Shown: positions 8,586-19,607, numbered from the stretch's first letter. The stretch is 64,000 bases of DNA from Candidatus Multivoradales bacterium (GCA_965223325.1 CBDCWI010000002.1:1120001-1184000); one strand, 5' to 3'. Notes: generated from the sequence alone by a model not told the origin. Made by a program: numbers and translations.

Positions 8586-9092
8586 CTACCCTCCGGATCC
8601 CTCGGCCAACAGTGCCGCTAGCAGCCGCTCCAGAAAGGCGTGCTGGACCGGATGCAGCTTGCCGACCGCACGCTCGGGATCGAACCAACCGAAGCGATCG
8701 AGTTCCGGGAAAGCGACCGTCTCACCTGACTTCGGGGGCCACTCAAGCTTAAACTCGTTGGCGGTGAGGTCGCCGACCTCGCAGTCGCCGAGAAACGCCC
8801 AGGCCCACACGCGCTTGCCACTCGAATAGCGAACCTCGCCGAGCTCGACGACGCGGCTTCCGAAGTCTTCGCCAGGAGCGAGCAGGCCTTCGAGGGCCAG
8901 GCCGGTCTCTTCCTCGAACTCCCGCACCGCCGCGTCGAGGTCGGCCTCCCCTTCTTCAACCAGCCCCTTGGGAATCGTCCACGACCCCTCGTCCTTCTGT
9001 CGAAAGTACGGGCCACCGGGATGGCCGAGTAGAACCTCGACCTGACCGTGACGGATTCGAAAAAGCATCAGGCCTGCACTGGTTTGTGGCAT
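8586..9092 (-). CDS. NUDIX hydrolase (HPGGP subfamily)
   Basis: SAGL...HPGGPY...WTIPKG and Nudix box G-x5-E-x7-REFEEETG. Confidence 0.9.
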   Translation of the reverse strand: MPQTSAGLMLFRIRHGQVEVLLGHPGGPYFRQKDEGSWTIPKGLVEEGEADLDAAVREFEEETGLALEGLLAPGEDFGSRVVELGEVRYSSGKRVWAWAFLGDCEVGDLTANEFKLEWPPKSGETVAFPELDRFGWFDPERAVGKLHPVQHAFLERLLAALLAEGSGG

Positions 9093-9111
9093 CGCGTCCT
9101 TTCGACGTCGG

Positions 9112-10842
9112 TCAGAGGTCTGGGCCAGGGCTGTCTCGGACAGGCTCACCGGCGCTTCGAATGAGCTCATGGTAGCGCCCTGGTTGGAGCCCTAGGAAGC
9201 GCTCCCGGCCACCGCTCGGCCAGTGCACGACGACGGAGCGCGCGACCGGCGTAGGCAGCGCGAAGAGCACCCGCGGATCGCTTGCCGAGGCATAGGAGCC
9301 GTCGGTATGCACCCGCCGCCATTGCATCGGCTGACCGGGAGTGTCCGCGGATCCCGCCGGCAGAAGGCCCACCCGTGCACCGTAGACATCCGGGCCTTGC
9401 GACCGGGCACGCACCCTGAGTCCAAGCCAGCGCGTCCCGGGCACTCGTTGATTGAGAAGCAGGCGCGCAGGTCCACCGTTGTTGGTCACCACCAGGTCGG
9501 AGTCGCCATCGTTGTCGATGTCGCCGACGGCCAGGCCCCGGCTGACTTCCGCGGTCCCAGGGTGCAGAGCCCGCTCGACCTCTTCGAATGTGCCGTCGCC
9601 CAGGCCGCGAAACAGCTGGTTCCGCTGCCGCAACGGCAATGACTCGCCCGCGGCGAGCTGTTCGGGGACGCGATGTACCGCGCCGTTCGCAACGTAGAGG
9701 TCGAGCCAGCCGTCGCCATCAAAGTCGAGAGCTGCCGTTCCGAAGCCCGTGAAACTGAAGCTCGGCGCACCGAGCCGACTCGACTGCGAGGCATCGACGA
9801 ACATTCCCTCGCCCGTGTTGCGGTAGAGGGTGTTCGTCTCGCGCGCCAGATGCGACATGAAGAGATCCACCAGTCCGTCGCCGTCGAGATCTTCGGCGAC
9901 CACGCCCATACTCGCCTGCGGCTTCCCATTGCCGTCGACCGCCGCGCCCATTAGAAGGGCGTCGTCGACAAAGCTCCCGTCGCCACGGTTCAACCACAGC
10001 TGATTGGGCATCAGATCGTTGGCGACGTAGAGGTCGAGGTGCCCGTCGTCGTTGAAGTCGGCGGCGACCGCACCAAGGGCGGTGGCTGCCTCACCGGCGA
10101 GTCCGGCGCGCCGCGTCGTATCCTCGAAGGTCCCTCCGCCGAGGTTTCGCAACAACCGGTCGGGTTCCGCGGCGTACGCCAGCGGCCCACAGTAGTCTCT
10201 CGAGCCCTGCGGCATGTAGCACTCGCGGTGCGTGGCGGCGCGAAAGTCGTTGTAGTTGCCCACGAACAGATCAAGATCGCCATCGCCGTCGTAGTCGAAG
10301 AACGTCGCAGCAACGCTCCAACGCGGATCACCCGCTCCAGCCGATTCGGTCACGTCGACGAAGTGTCCGCTCCCGTCATTCCTGAGCAGCTGATTCGCAC
10401 CCCAGTTCGTTATGTAGAGGTCGACTGCGCCATCGCCGTCGTAGTCGCCCGTCGCAACACCCTGGGCGTAGCCGGTCGCTACTCCCAGACCGGACTCTGA
10501 GGAGACGTCCTCAAAACGCAGTGTTCCCTCCTCGAGCCGGTTGATGAACAAGCGGTCGGCGGGCCGGTCTCTGCCGGCTCCGGGTTCCAGGGGTCCGCCC
10601 TGACCGAGGTAGATGTCGAGATCGCCATCGTTATCGAAATCGAGAAGAGCAACCCCGGCGCCCAGGTGCTCTACCGCCCACAGGTCGCCAACCATCCCGT
10701 TCTCGTGCTTGAAAACAAGCCCGACCTCGCGAGCGATGTCTCGAAACACCGGTCCGTCATCCCGGCCCGCGCCGGGCACTGCGACCAAAGCCAGGAGGAG
10801 AAGCGCCACCTGCAACCGCCGACAGATGCGCGGCCCGGTCAT
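9112..10842 (-). CDS. CRTAC1/ASPIC-UnbV family FG-GAP beta-propeller protein, subtype A
   Basis: Signal peptide, many DxDxDGxxD repeats, and a C-terminal ASPIC/UnbV domain (GSYASASDPRVLF...WPSG). Confidence 0.88.
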   Translation of the reverse strand: MTGPRICRRLQVALLLLALVAVPGAGRDDGPVFRDIAREVGLVFKHENGMVGDLWAVEHLGAGVALLDFDNDGDLDIYLGQGGPLEPGAGRDRPADRLFINRLEEGTLRFEDVSSESGLGVATGYAQGVATGDYDGDGAVDLYITNWGANQLLRNDGSGHFVDVTESAGAGDPRWSVAATFFDYDGDGDLDLFVGNYNDFRAATHRECYMPQGSRDYCGPLAYAAEPDRLLRNLGGGTFEDTTRRAGLAGEAATALGAVAADFNDDGHLDLYVANDLMPNQLWLNRGDGSFVDDALLMGAAVDGNGKPQASMGVVAEDLDGDGLVDLFMSHLARETNTLYRNTGEGMFVDASQSSRLGAPSFSFTGFGTAALDFDGDGWLDLYVANGAVHRVPEQLAAGESLPLRQRNQLFRGLGDGTFEEVERALHPGTAEVSRGLAVGDIDNDGDSDLVVTNNGGPARLLLNQRVPGTRWLGLRVRARSQGPDVYGARVGLLPAGSADTPGQPMQWRRVHTDGSYASASDPRVLFALPTPVARSVVVHWPSGGRERFLGLQPGRYHELIRSAGEPVRDSPGPDL

Positions 10843-13133
10843 CTGGGTGCTGTAGCCGCCGGTTTGGGCAAGAGCGGCTCCGGGGTGTCTCGGCCTTCGC
10901 GGATCTTCACCCGGTCACCGGGCCGCAGGCCGCGGACGACCTGACGCAGGCCACTGGCGGGCCACCAGATCTCGACGCGGTCGATGCTCGACGCATCTCC
11001 GAGACCGATGAGCTGTCGCAACGGGTTACCGCCAAAGCTTCCACTCGCCATCACCGTGCGGTAGAGCGAGCGCCCCTCCCCTGGAGCACCCGGCAGGTCG
11101 ACCCGCACGCGCGCGCCAATGGCCGAGCGGTTGCTCTTCTCGCCAACCAGCACCAACTCGATGAACCGCTTCCCGAAGCCCGGGTTGCGATAGAGCGCGT
11201 CGGCGAACCGATCGCCCGGAAACGCACCCCCCATCTGCTCGAAAACATCGAGATCGCCATCGCCGTCGAAGTCGGCGATCGCCACTCCATGGCCTTTCTG
11301 GAGATGCGCAAGGCCCGAGGCGAGCGTCACATCGACGAAGCGTCGGCCAGCATCGTTGCGGTACAGCACGTTCGGCATCAGCCCTTCGTAGTCCGGGTAG
11401 CCGGTGCCCAGATAGAAGTCGAGCCAGCCGTCGCCATCCAGGTCACCGAAGCTCGACCCCATCGTCAGGTGGATGCGCTCGAGGCCGGCCCGCTTGGCAA
11501 CATCCTCGAACCGGCCCTTACCGTTTCCTCTGTACAAACGGGGCTTCTGGTACGGCACTTCGAGGCCGAAGTAGCTGGCCGCTACCAACGAAACGCTGTC
11601 CGGTGCGCCGGCGTAGCTCGATACGTAGAGATCGAGGTTGCCGTCGTTGTCGTAGTCCCAGAACCAGACCGGGAATGAGCTGATCGCATCGGCGACACCG
11701 GCTTCCTCGGCTACGTCATGAAAGCCCTGGTCGCCGCGGTTCTCATAGAGCCGGTTGCTCTGCCCAAGAATCGAGACGTACAGGTCAGCATCACCGTCGT
11801 TGTCGTAGTCGCCCCAGGTCGCCCCCTTCACATAGCCACGCAGGTCCATCCCCGAGGTAGCCGCCACGTCGACAAAGGTGCCGCTTCCCTGGTTCTGAAA
11901 CAGCTGGCTAGGTGCGTCGAAGGACTCGTTCCCCGCCTCGATGCCGAGAACACGGTCCGGGTCGGTACCGTGCTCGTTGCCGACAAAAAGATCGAGGTCG
12001 CCGTCATTGTCGTAGTCGGCAAAGGCCGCCGCCTGGGTCGGCAGATGGAGGTCCCCCAGGCCAGCGGCAAAGGTCGCGTCTCGAAAACGGGCGCGGCCAT
12101 CGTTGAGCAGCAATGAGTTTGGGTGCCGCCCGCGCTCGTAGAGCCAGGCGCCGCGGGTGACAAAGACGTCGAGATCGCCGTCGTTGTCTACGTCACCGTG
12201 GATCAGCTGCAGCCCGCCGTGGAAACCCCGAAGCCCGGCGGACTCGGTGTCGTCTTGAAACGTCCCGTCTCCCTGGTTGCGAAAGAAGTGCGGCTCGGCT
12301 CGAGTATCGAAACTGGTGGTGAGGAGGTCGATATCACCGTCACCGTCGAAGTCGTCAGCGACGACCCCACCGGAAAGATTGAACGTATCGACGCCAACCT
12401 CCGAAGCAACATTCGGGAACCATCGGAACTCGCCACGCGCAGCAAACACGTGTGGTGGAACCCGGTAGCGCTCGGGCACACCGTTGGGATAGACGCCGAG
12501 CGTCATGTGGGCGATATTGAGCAACCACACAGTCTTGACGAAGAGCGGCGAGCTCTGGGGCACCAACTCGAGGACGCGTTCGAAAGAGGTAATTGCCTTT
12601 TTCGAACCAGTCTCGTCGGTGTGGATTCCGCCGCCGCGGATCGGCAAGATGCAACTCTCGGCCGCCGGCCTCTGGGCGCAGTTGCTGGTCTCCCCGTGAC
12701 GCAGGTGCCCAACGCCGAGTCGAAACCAGACCTGTGCGCGCTCGCGCGCCGGTAGGATCGGCCCAAGCCCCTCGGCAAGGTCTCGAGCCTCTTCGAAGCG
12801 CTGGATGGCCTGGTGCTCGCGGCCGAGCCGCAACTCCTGCTCCGCCACTTTCATGAGCGCAAAGAGTCGGTCCCTGGAGGGAGCATCCGCGAGGCGTTCC
12901 AGCTCGGCACGCGCCTCCTGGGCCCGGGCCTCGCCGAGCCAGGGGTTGTCGGTGTCAGTCGCTCTAGCAATCTCAGCGAGCAGCGCCCGCATCCTCTCGT
13001 GCCCGCCTTCAGGCGCAGAAGGCGCCTGGGAGGCTGCCACGGATGGAAGCACCAGGACGCACCAAAGAGAAGCGAGTACGCGCCTTCTGACCCGTCGCGG
13101 AGTGCATCTCACCGTTCTCTCACCATGCGCCAA
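10839..13133 (-). CDS. CRTAC1/ASPIC-UnbV family protein with N-terminal TPR-like domain, subtype B
   Basis: Signal peptide, helical N-domain, DxDxDG repeats, QKGHGVA...QMGGAFPGD and an ASPIC C-domain. Exact start uncertain. Confidence 0.85.
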   Translation of the reverse strand: MAHGERTVRCTPRRVRRRVLASLWCVLVLPSVAASQAPSAPEGGHERMRALLAEIARATDTDNPWLGEARAQEARAELERLADAPSRDRLFALMKVAEQELRLGREHQAIQRFEEARDLAEGLGPILPARERAQVWFRLGVGHLRHGETSNCAQRPAAESCILPIRGGGIHTDETGSKKAITSFERVLELVPQSSPLFVKTVWLLNIAHMTLGVYPNGVPERYRVPPHVFAARGEFRWFPNVASEVGVDTFNLSGGVVADDFDGDGDIDLLTTSFDTRAEPHFFRNQGDGTFQDDTESAGLRGFHGGLQLIHGDVDNDGDLDVFVTRGAWLYERGRHPNSLLLNDGRARFRDATFAAGLGDLHLPTQAAAFADYDNDGDLDLFVGNEHGTDPDRVLGIEAGNESFDAPSQLFQNQGSGTFVDVAATSGMDLRGYVKGATWGDYDNDGDADLYVSILGQSNRLYENRGDQGFHDVAEEAGVADAISSFPVWFWDYDNDGNLDLYVSSYAGAPDSVSLVAASYFGLEVPYQKPRLYRGNGKGRFEDVAKRAGLERIHLTMGSSFGDLDGDGWLDFYLGTGYPDYEGLMPNVLYRNDAGRRFVDVTLASGLAHLQKGHGVAIADFDGDGDLDVFEQMGGAFPGDRFADALYRNPGFGKRFIELVLVGEKSNRSAIGARVRVDLPGAPGEGRSLYRTVMASGSFGGNPLRQLIGLGDASSIDRVEIWWPASGLRQVVRGLRPGDRVKIREGRDTPEPLLPKPAATAPR

Positions 13134-13184
13134 GGCTAGCGGTTCCGAAGCTCTTTCGTGTCGTCGGCGGGAGCGGGCATGCGG

Positions 13185-13214
13185 AAAGGGAGGAGGGCTT
13201 CCCCTCCTCCCTTT
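13185..13214. terminator. Perfect hairpin downstream of TonB-dependent receptor 1
   Basis: aaagggaggaggg-cttc-ccctcctcccttt, a 13 bp perfect stem with only a short U tract. Confidence 0.7.
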
Positions 13215-13238
13215 GACTACCGAGTCATCCAGCGAACG

Positions 13239-16200
13239 CTAGAAATGGAAGGCCAGGGAGGCCCGCCACTGACGCGGTCGTTGGAACTCACGTCGGACAC
13301 GGAGTGGCTCTCCATAAAGCCCGACGTTGATCTGGTCCTGCTGGTTGGTGACATTCGTGCCCTCAATCCGAACCTGACCGGTGAATTCGCTCCGTATCGG
13401 GAACGTCCACGCAAAACTCATATTGAGATCGTAGTGTGGATCAAGCCTCCGAGTGCCGTTGCGCTCGAGAGGAATGTAGACCGTATTGATCGGATCGTTG
13501 GCACTGGGCGCGGCAATCTGCTCGCCGCGACCCCAGGCGCTCCCATCCTGGTAGTTCAGCATGCCGCCCAGGTTCAAGGAGTGCTTGCCGATGGTCCACA
13601 CCTTGAAGCCGAACGTCTTCCAGATGAAGGGGCGATCGACACCGGAGCCGAAGAACCCATCCCCGGGCCCGACTCCTCCGCCGAGGCCATCACGCCCGGC
13701 GCGGTTGACGGTCGAAATCGGCTGGCCGATGTGCGGCGTGAGGAGCGCGACGCAGTCGACCGGGATGGTGCGCGTCGCCTGGAGCGCCTGACAACCGTCA
13801 ACATGCGCCTGGGTGACGACCTCCTGTAGATCCTGGCCGAAGCTCGAGGAGCTGTTGTCCCACCAGGCCCCGGAACCGGTGGTTTCGAGCTTCGAGAGCG
13901 TCAGGTTGTTGTAGAGCGCCCAGCCATTCGAGAAACGCTTGTTGAGCTGGATCTGAACCGCCTGGTACTCCTTGAACGGGTCCTCGAAGCCTTCGATCAG
14001 GTGCTCGGGCACCACGCCCAGCTCGCGCCAATAGTTGCGGATGTTGTCGACGTTGCTCGACAGGCTGAAGGTCCGCAGGTCGGGATCCCGCTGGGTCGTA
14101 TTCATGATCATGTCGCCCAGTTCCCAGTAGATGCCCTTCAGGTCGACAGCCCAATTGTCCGAGAACTGCCACTCGAACCCGGCGATGATCTCGTCCTTGT
14201 AGTAGGGATCGAGGTCGATGGGTGAGATGACCCCGGCATCGGCGAGGTCGAACTGCTCCCCTGGCCGGAAGGCGCGGAAGAACAGGTTGTAGCCCGGTTC
14301 GCCGCCGCACGCCGGGATGAACAGCACGTCGAGGTTGTCGCAATAGAGGAACTCGTCCGAGGCGTTGTGACCGGCCCACTCGTCGAGCAGCCAGCGGTTG
14401 GTGAACTGCTGGTTGAGCTGCGCGTAGTAACGGCCGACGTTGACGCTCGCCAACATGGTCCCGTCACCCTTGAAGTCGTAGCTCATCGCCAGCCGGGGTT
14501 CTAAGGTCTCCGTGTCAACGACCTTGCGGCGGGTGTCGTTCAAGTTCTCCTGCTGCGAGAAACGTACGCCGGCATTGAAGGTCCACCGATCGCCGATCGT
14601 AAAACGATCACGGACGTAGAGGGTGAGGTTCTCGTTCTCGCTGTCTCCGGTGCCTCGACCAGCCGCGACCAGAGAGTCGGGCTGATAGTTGATCCACAGG
14701 CATGGGCGACCGAAGATCAAAGAGCAGCCGGTCTCGGTCCCGGGTGTCGCGGAGTGGTCGTTGCCGGCGTAGCCCGAGGGGCTCGATGGATCGAAGTTGG
14801 GCCCACTGTAGAAGCCCATCCGCTGAGCATCCTGAATCCACGAGACCTCCTGCCAGTCGACGCCAAACTTGACCTCATGGTTGTCGTTGGCGAACCACGT
14901 CAGAGCAGCGTTGGCCTGGTCGCGCGGGTACTCGTTGAGGCCGAAACCGTTGTCGAGGATCCAGCCGTTGTGCCAGGAGTCGTTGTCCTGGTCGTCGACG
15001 TAGACGCGGAAGTTGTTGCCCGCAAAGTGGCACGCCTGGCCGCCGAGATTCGCGAAGGCGCAGGAGCTGGCCAGGTTCGGGTCGCCGGGATAGCCGTTGG
15101 GGGCACGTTGCTTCGTCAAGATGGCCTGCTCAACATCGAGATCTCCCGTTGCCAACAGCTTGTGCTCGTTTGAAGTCTGGGTGGCGATCTTGGTCTCGAG
15201 AAAGACCGACTGTGAGATGGAGTAGTTCCAGTTGAAGGTGCCCAGATCACCGGACAGAACATGCGGTGTGTGGCCCCACTCATCAGCCTGCGGCGTGTGC
15301 ACGTAGTTTCGCGTCGACGGGCTATCGACCCAGGACGCGGACAGCGAGTGCTTCTCGTGGGGCTGGAAGTTGACCTTGCCAATCTTCGCCTGATACTCCC
15401 AGCTGGTGTCGATCAGGCTGCCGTTGATCAGCTTCTCGAAATTGCCCGTCGAGCTGTCACTGAAGGCAGCGAAGAACCACGCCTTGTCGCGAAAAATCGG
15501 ACCGCCAAGTGAAGCTTCGACACCCTCGGCCGTCTGGTCCTTCTCGATCTGGGTGCGTTTGAAGAAGTCACGCGGAGCAGCACCAAACTCGAGGGTCTCG
15601 AGAACCGGCTGATCCTTGTACTCACCGAACCAGTCGGCGTCAGAATAGATACCGACGAGATCACCGTGAAAAGAATTGGTGCCGGACTTGATGATGACGT
15701 TGGTCGACGAGCCGGTCACGCGACCGTACTCGGCACTCGCACCGCCAGCTTCCATGGTGACCTCGCTGGTGGCGGTGGTCGGAAGGATGACGCGCGAACC
15801 GCCGAGGCGCGCAAAGGTTGTGTCGACACCGTCGATGTAGACGCCCTGGTCGGCGAAGTGAGAGCCATTGACGGAGGGACGCATCTCCTGGATGTCACGG
15901 TTGTCGGCGTCGCTGGTCACACCCGGAAGCATGTTGATGACGCCGTAGTAGGTGCGCGTGGTACCGGCCGCCTCGGCACCGACCTCGGAGGTCACCGACT
16001 GCCCCGCAGTGACGTTGTACTTGTCGACCATCGGCGCCTCGGAGGTGACAGTGATCTCTTCGGAGGTCTCGAGTCGCAGCCTGAAGTCGTACTGACCTTT
16101 ATAGCCCGCGGTGATCGAGGCGTTCGCAGACGCGTCACGGAAGCCGTCGAGGCTAGCGGTGATCACATAGTTGCCGGGGCGCAAAAGGGCGAACCGATAG

Positions 16201-16412
16201 ACCCCGTTCTCATCTGTGACAACCGACTGCTCGCCGCGATCTCCCGCGATGGTAACGATGGCACCTGGAATCAAAGCACCACTGTTGTCGGTCACACGTC
16301 CGGTAGCGACGCCGGTCTCCGGCCCGTCAGCGTGGACTGGAACGCCTCCGATTGTGATGACAAGCAGGGCCACGACAGCGGCGATGAGGAGCTTCATAGG
16401 CGCTCGACTCAT
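13239..16412 (-). CDS. Oar-type TonB-dependent receptor 1 (carboxypeptidase-regulatory-like N-domain, plug, barrel)
   Basis: AGGAGG RBS before the ATG at 16412. Signal peptide, GRVTD...PGAIVTI, EEITVT, SAEYGR...KSGTNSFHG and a C-terminal Phe (LAFHF). Confidence 0.9.
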   Translation of the reverse strand: MSRAPMKLLIAAVVALLVITIGGVPVHADGPETGVATGRVTDNSGALIPGAIVTIAGDRGEQSVVTDENGVYRFALLRPGNYVITASLDGFRDASANASITAGYKGQYDFRLRLETSEEITVTSEAPMVDKYNVTAGQSVTSEVGAEAAGTTRTYYGVINMLPGVTSDADNRDIQEMRPSVNGSHFADQGVYIDGVDTTFARLGGSRVILPTTATSEVTMEAGGASAEYGRVTGSSTNVIIKSGTNSFHGDLVGIYSDADWFGEYKDQPVLETLEFGAAPRDFFKRTQIEKDQTAEGVEASLGGPIFRDKAWFFAAFSDSSTGNFEKLINGSLIDTSWEYQAKIGKVNFQPHEKHSLSASWVDSPSTRNYVHTPQADEWGHTPHVLSGDLGTFNWNYSISQSVFLETKIATQTSNEHKLLATGDLDVEQAILTKQRAPNGYPGDPNLASSCAFANLGGQACHFAGNNFRVYVDDQDNDSWHNGWILDNGFGLNEYPRDQANAALTWFANDNHEVKFGVDWQEVSWIQDAQRMGFYSGPNFDPSSPSGYAGNDHSATPGTETGCSLIFGRPCLWINYQPDSLVAAGRGTGDSENENLTLYVRDRFTIGDRWTFNAGVRFSQQENLNDTRRKVVDTETLEPRLAMSYDFKGDGTMLASVNVGRYYAQLNQQFTNRWLLDEWAGHNASDEFLYCDNLDVLFIPACGGEPGYNLFFRAFRPGEQFDLADAGVISPIDLDPYYKDEIIAGFEWQFSDNWAVDLKGIYWELGDMIMNTTQRDPDLRTFSLSSNVDNIRNYWRELGVVPEHLIEGFEDPFKEYQAVQIQLNKRFSNGWALYNNLTLSKLETTGSGAWWDNSSSSFGQDLQEVVTQAHVDGCQALQATRTIPVDCVALLTPHIGQPISTVNRAGRDGLGGGVGPGDGFFGSGVDRPFIWKTFGFKVWTIGKHSLNLGGMLNYQDGSAWGRGEQIAAPSANDPINTVYIPLERNGTRRLDPHYDLNMSFAWTFPIRSEFTGQVRIEGTNVTNQQDQINVGLYGEPLRVRREFQRPRQWRASLAFHF

Positions 16413-16606
16413 GGGGGACACCTCCTGTTGTAGTCGGGCGCGCCGATCAGGCGACAGCCCGGGTCTCGTGCAGGCGCGTCCTCCACAACGGCTCAATACC
16501 AGAAGGCGGCGGCCTGTATGCAACTGACGATCTTGTTTTCTCCGGTCGCGTCAACGTGGGCGCGGACAAGAGTCACCGGGGAAACGACTTGATATCGGAA
16601 GGTTCT

Positions 16607-16622
16607 TGCACTATACCTGCCA
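16607..16622 (-). promoter_or_regulatory. sigma54-type -24/-12 promoter upstream of receptor 1
   Basis: Minus-strand TGGCAGGTATAGTGCA has the correct GG-N10-GC spacing. Confidence 0.5.
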
Positions 16623-16693
16623 TTTCCGTCGAGTTGACCGGTCGACCAGTCCGCTGCCCTCCTCCTTCGGCGACGCTACGATAGCCAGACGCC

Positions 16694-18454
16694 ATGGAAA
16701 CCAGAGCGTCGATTACAACTGGGAGAGTCGCCTGGCGACGCGATTCCTGGTTGAGGAACGTCGGCTTGAGCGCCATTCTCGCCCACGGTTGCGTGACAGA
16801 CAGCGAGATCCCCGCCGCGCACACCCCTCCACCGCCTCCCGGCATCACGTTCGAGGAGGTTGCTGCGACGCAGCATCTCGACTTCGTTCACCAAAGCGGC
16901 GCGACGGGGACTTTCCTCTACCCCGAGATCACACAGGGCGGCGGAGCCTTCCTGGATGCCGATGGCGACGGCTTTCTAGACGTGTACCTGGTCCAGGCAG
17001 GACCCCTCAACGCCCGCGGCCCAGAGCGCCCGGCCAATCGACTCTTCCGCAATCGCGGCGACGGCACGTACGAAGATCAAACCGACGCCGCGGGTGTCGG
17101 CGATACCGGATACGGCTCGGGGGTCGCAGCTGCCGACTTCGACCGCGACGGAGACGTCGATCTCTACGTCACCAACCTGGGCCCCAACCGCCTCTACGTC
17201 AACCGCGGCGACGGCACCTTCGATGACCAGACGGCAACTGCGGGAGTTGGCGACCCTGCCTGGTCCACCAGCGCGGCCTTCTTCGACGTTGATGGGGACG
17301 GCGACCTCGACCTCTGGGTGGTGAACTATGTCGAGTGGTCGCTCGAGAACGAGCGCCCCTGCCTGGGCCGAGCAGGCATGCGTTCCTACTGCAACCCAGG
17401 CGAGTACACGCCTTCTAGCGACACCCTCTACCGCAACGACGGTGATGGCACCTTCACCGACATCAGTGGGAAGGCCGGCATCACCGCGCACCCCGCAGCG
17501 GGTCTCGGGATCGTCACGGCCGACTTTGACGGTGACGGCCGGCTCAACGCGTACATCGCCAACGATCAAATGGCCAACCAACTCTGGTTGACGAGCGGCG
17601 ACGGCACCCTGCGCGACGAGGCACTGCTCCTCGGAGCCGCGCTCAACGAGCGCGGTCAGGCTGAGGCTGGGATGGGAGTGGTTGCCGAAGATCCTGACGC
17701 CGACGGCGACATGGATCTGTTCATGGTTCATCTTTCCGGCGAGACCAACACCTACTACCGCAACGAGCAGGGCGGTTTCACCGACGCTACCGACGAACTC
17801 GGCCTGGGAGCGCCCTCCCAGCCATACACCGGCTTCGGCGTGGGCCTTGTCGACTTCGACGGTGACGGCTGGCTCGATGCCTTCGTCGCCAATGGCAAGG
17901 TGAGCCCAGGAACCTCGGTCGAGAACGACTTTCGCGAGCCCAACCAGATTCTGCGCGGCCTGCCCGACGGGACCTTTGAAGATGTCTCGAAGAACGCCGG
18001 CAGAGCAATGGAACTCCTCGAGGTGAGCCGCGCCGCCGTCTTCGGCGACCACGACAACGACGGTGACCTAGACGTGCTGGTGGTCAACAACGACGGCCCG
18101 GTGCGGCTCTACGAGAACCGCGCTCGCCACCCGGGTCAACCCAGCACGCATCACTTCTTGACCCTTGATCTCGATGGCGGGGCGCGCTTCGGCCGAGTAC
18201 CGATCGGGACCCTGGTCAGGGTCGAAGCGGGCGGTCGGCGGCAACATCGCACCGTGCAACCTGCCTGGGGCTACTGCGCCAGCCACGATCCCCGGGTCCA
18301 CTTCGGCCTGGGTACCAGCGAACAGGTCGACCGGGTCTGGGTGCGTTGGCCCGACGGCAGCGAGGAGACCATCAGAGACCTCGTCGCTGACCGCATCGTG
18401 ACCTGGTCGCCGGGAAGTCCGCCGCCCGCAGCTCCGGCGACCGGGGGCCGCTGA
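16694..18454 (+). CDS. CRTAC1/ASPIC-UnbV family protein, subtype A (possible lipoprotein)
   Basis: AHGC lipobox-like motif, DxDxDG repeats, AEAGMGV and an ASPIC C-domain (DPRVHFGLG...WPDG). Confidence 0.88.
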   Translation: METRASITTGRVAWRRDSWLRNVGLSAILAHGCVTDSEIPAAHTPPPPPGITFEEVAATQHLDFVHQSGATGTFLYPEITQGGGAFLDADGDGFLDVYLVQAGPLNARGPERPANRLFRNRGDGTYEDQTDAAGVGDTGYGSGVAAADFDRDGDVDLYVTNLGPNRLYVNRGDGTFDDQTATAGVGDPAWSTSAAFFDVDGDGDLDLWVVNYVEWSLENERPCLGRAGMRSYCNPGEYTPSSDTLYRNDGDGTFTDISGKAGITAHPAAGLGIVTADFDGDGRLNAYIANDQMANQLWLTSGDGTLRDEALLLGAALNERGQAEAGMGVVAEDPDADGDMDLFMVHLSGETNTYYRNEQGGFTDATDELGLGAPSQPYTGFGVGLVDFDGDGWLDAFVANGKVSPGTSVENDFREPNQILRGLPDGTFEDVSKNAGRAMELLEVSRAAVFGDHDNDGDLDVLVVNNDGPVRLYENRARHPGQPSTHHFLTLDLDGGARFGRVPIGTLVRVEAGGRRQHRTVQPAWGYCASHDPRVHFGLGTSEQVDRVWVRWPDGSEETIRDLVADRIVTWSPGSPPPAAPATGGR

Positions 18455-18456
18455 TC

Positions 18457-19593
18457 GTGCATGCTCATCTCGCCTGGGCGACGCTCGCGGTACTGGGCGC
18501 GACGACGGTCGCCTGCGCGGACAGATCATCGCCGCCAGCGCCGACAGCAGCGCAAAGCTCGCCACAGGAGGAGGGCCTCGCGCTGGCGCCGCTCGCACAG
18601 GCAGCAGGTGAGCTTCCGGCAAGCATTGTCGACCCAGCGGTGGCGCGAGCCCTCGAACGCGCCCGCACCGCCGTTTATGAGCGCCCGGACGACGCCGCGG
18701 CGCACGGAGCCCTGGGTCGTCTCTACCATGCCCACAAACACACCGACCTTGCACGGGCAAGCTACGCCGCAGCCCACCGACTCGCTCCCGAATCTCCAGA
18801 GTGGCCCTACTACCTGGCGCTCTTCGCTCATGATCGCGGCGACCATGGCGAAGCGATCAGCCTCCTCAATGAGGTGATCAGACAGGCGCCTGATCACGCC
18901 CCGGCGTGGCTTCATCGCGCCTCGGCAGCGCTGGCGCTCGGCAACGTCGCGGTGGCGCGACGCGACTTCGCGCACCTCGAGGAACTCGCGCCGGGTGCTC
19001 CCGATGGCGCGATCGGCCTGGCACGGATCGCGATTCGCGAGGGCAACCACCAGCGAGCCGCCGCGCACCTCGAGCGCGCCCTCCAGGTGGCCCCGCGTCA
19101 CCACGAAGCGCTCTATCTTCTGGCGATGACACGTCGCCGCCTCGGAGACGACCGCGCCGCGCGCCGAGTGCTCGCGCGCCTCGAGGGGGCCGTACCAGCC
19201 CCCCTCGACGACCCCTGGCTGGTCAAGGCACTCGAGCAACGTACGGATCTCGAGGAGCGCAACAACACCGCCAATCGGCTGCTCGCCGAAGGCAACATCG
19301 AAGCTGCCGAAGTGCTCTACCGGGAGGTCATCCTCGAGAACCCAGAACACGCCGACGCGCTCTACAATCTGGGTCTTCTTCTAGCGCGCAGCGGCCGATC
19401 CGAGGAAGCGAGCGCGGTCCTCGAACGCGCGCGGGCCGTGCGCGATGGCGCCGACACCAACTTTCTGTTGGCGATGACCTACCTCTCGCTCGGGCAACCG
19501 CAAACGGCCTTCGAGCGCCTCGAGAGCGCGCTTGCCATCGAGCCCGAGCACGCGCTTGCACGCGACCTGATGAAACGGCTCACCGATGACTGA
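18457..19593 (+). CDS. Exported TPR protein (lipoprotein)
   Basis: TVAC lipobox, multiple TPRs and a WPYY motif. Confidence 0.8.
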   Translation: MHAHLAWATLAVLGATTVACADRSSPPAPTAAQSSPQEEGLALAPLAQAAGELPASIVDPAVARALERARTAVYERPDDAAAHGALGRLYHAHKHTDLARASYAAAHRLAPESPEWPYYLALFAHDRGDHGEAISLLNEVIRQAPDHAPAWLHRASAALALGNVAVARRDFAHLEELAPGAPDGAIGLARIAIREGNHQRAAAHLERALQVAPRHHEALYLLAMTRRRLGDDRAARRVLARLEGAVPAPLDDPWLVKALEQRTDLEERNNTANRLLAEGNIEAAEVLYREVILENPEHADALYNLGLLLARSGRSEEASAVLERARAVRDGADTNFLLAMTYLSLGQPQTAFERLESALAIEPEHALARDLMKRLTDD

Positions 19594-19607
19594 CAGTCCG
19601 TGCCCCC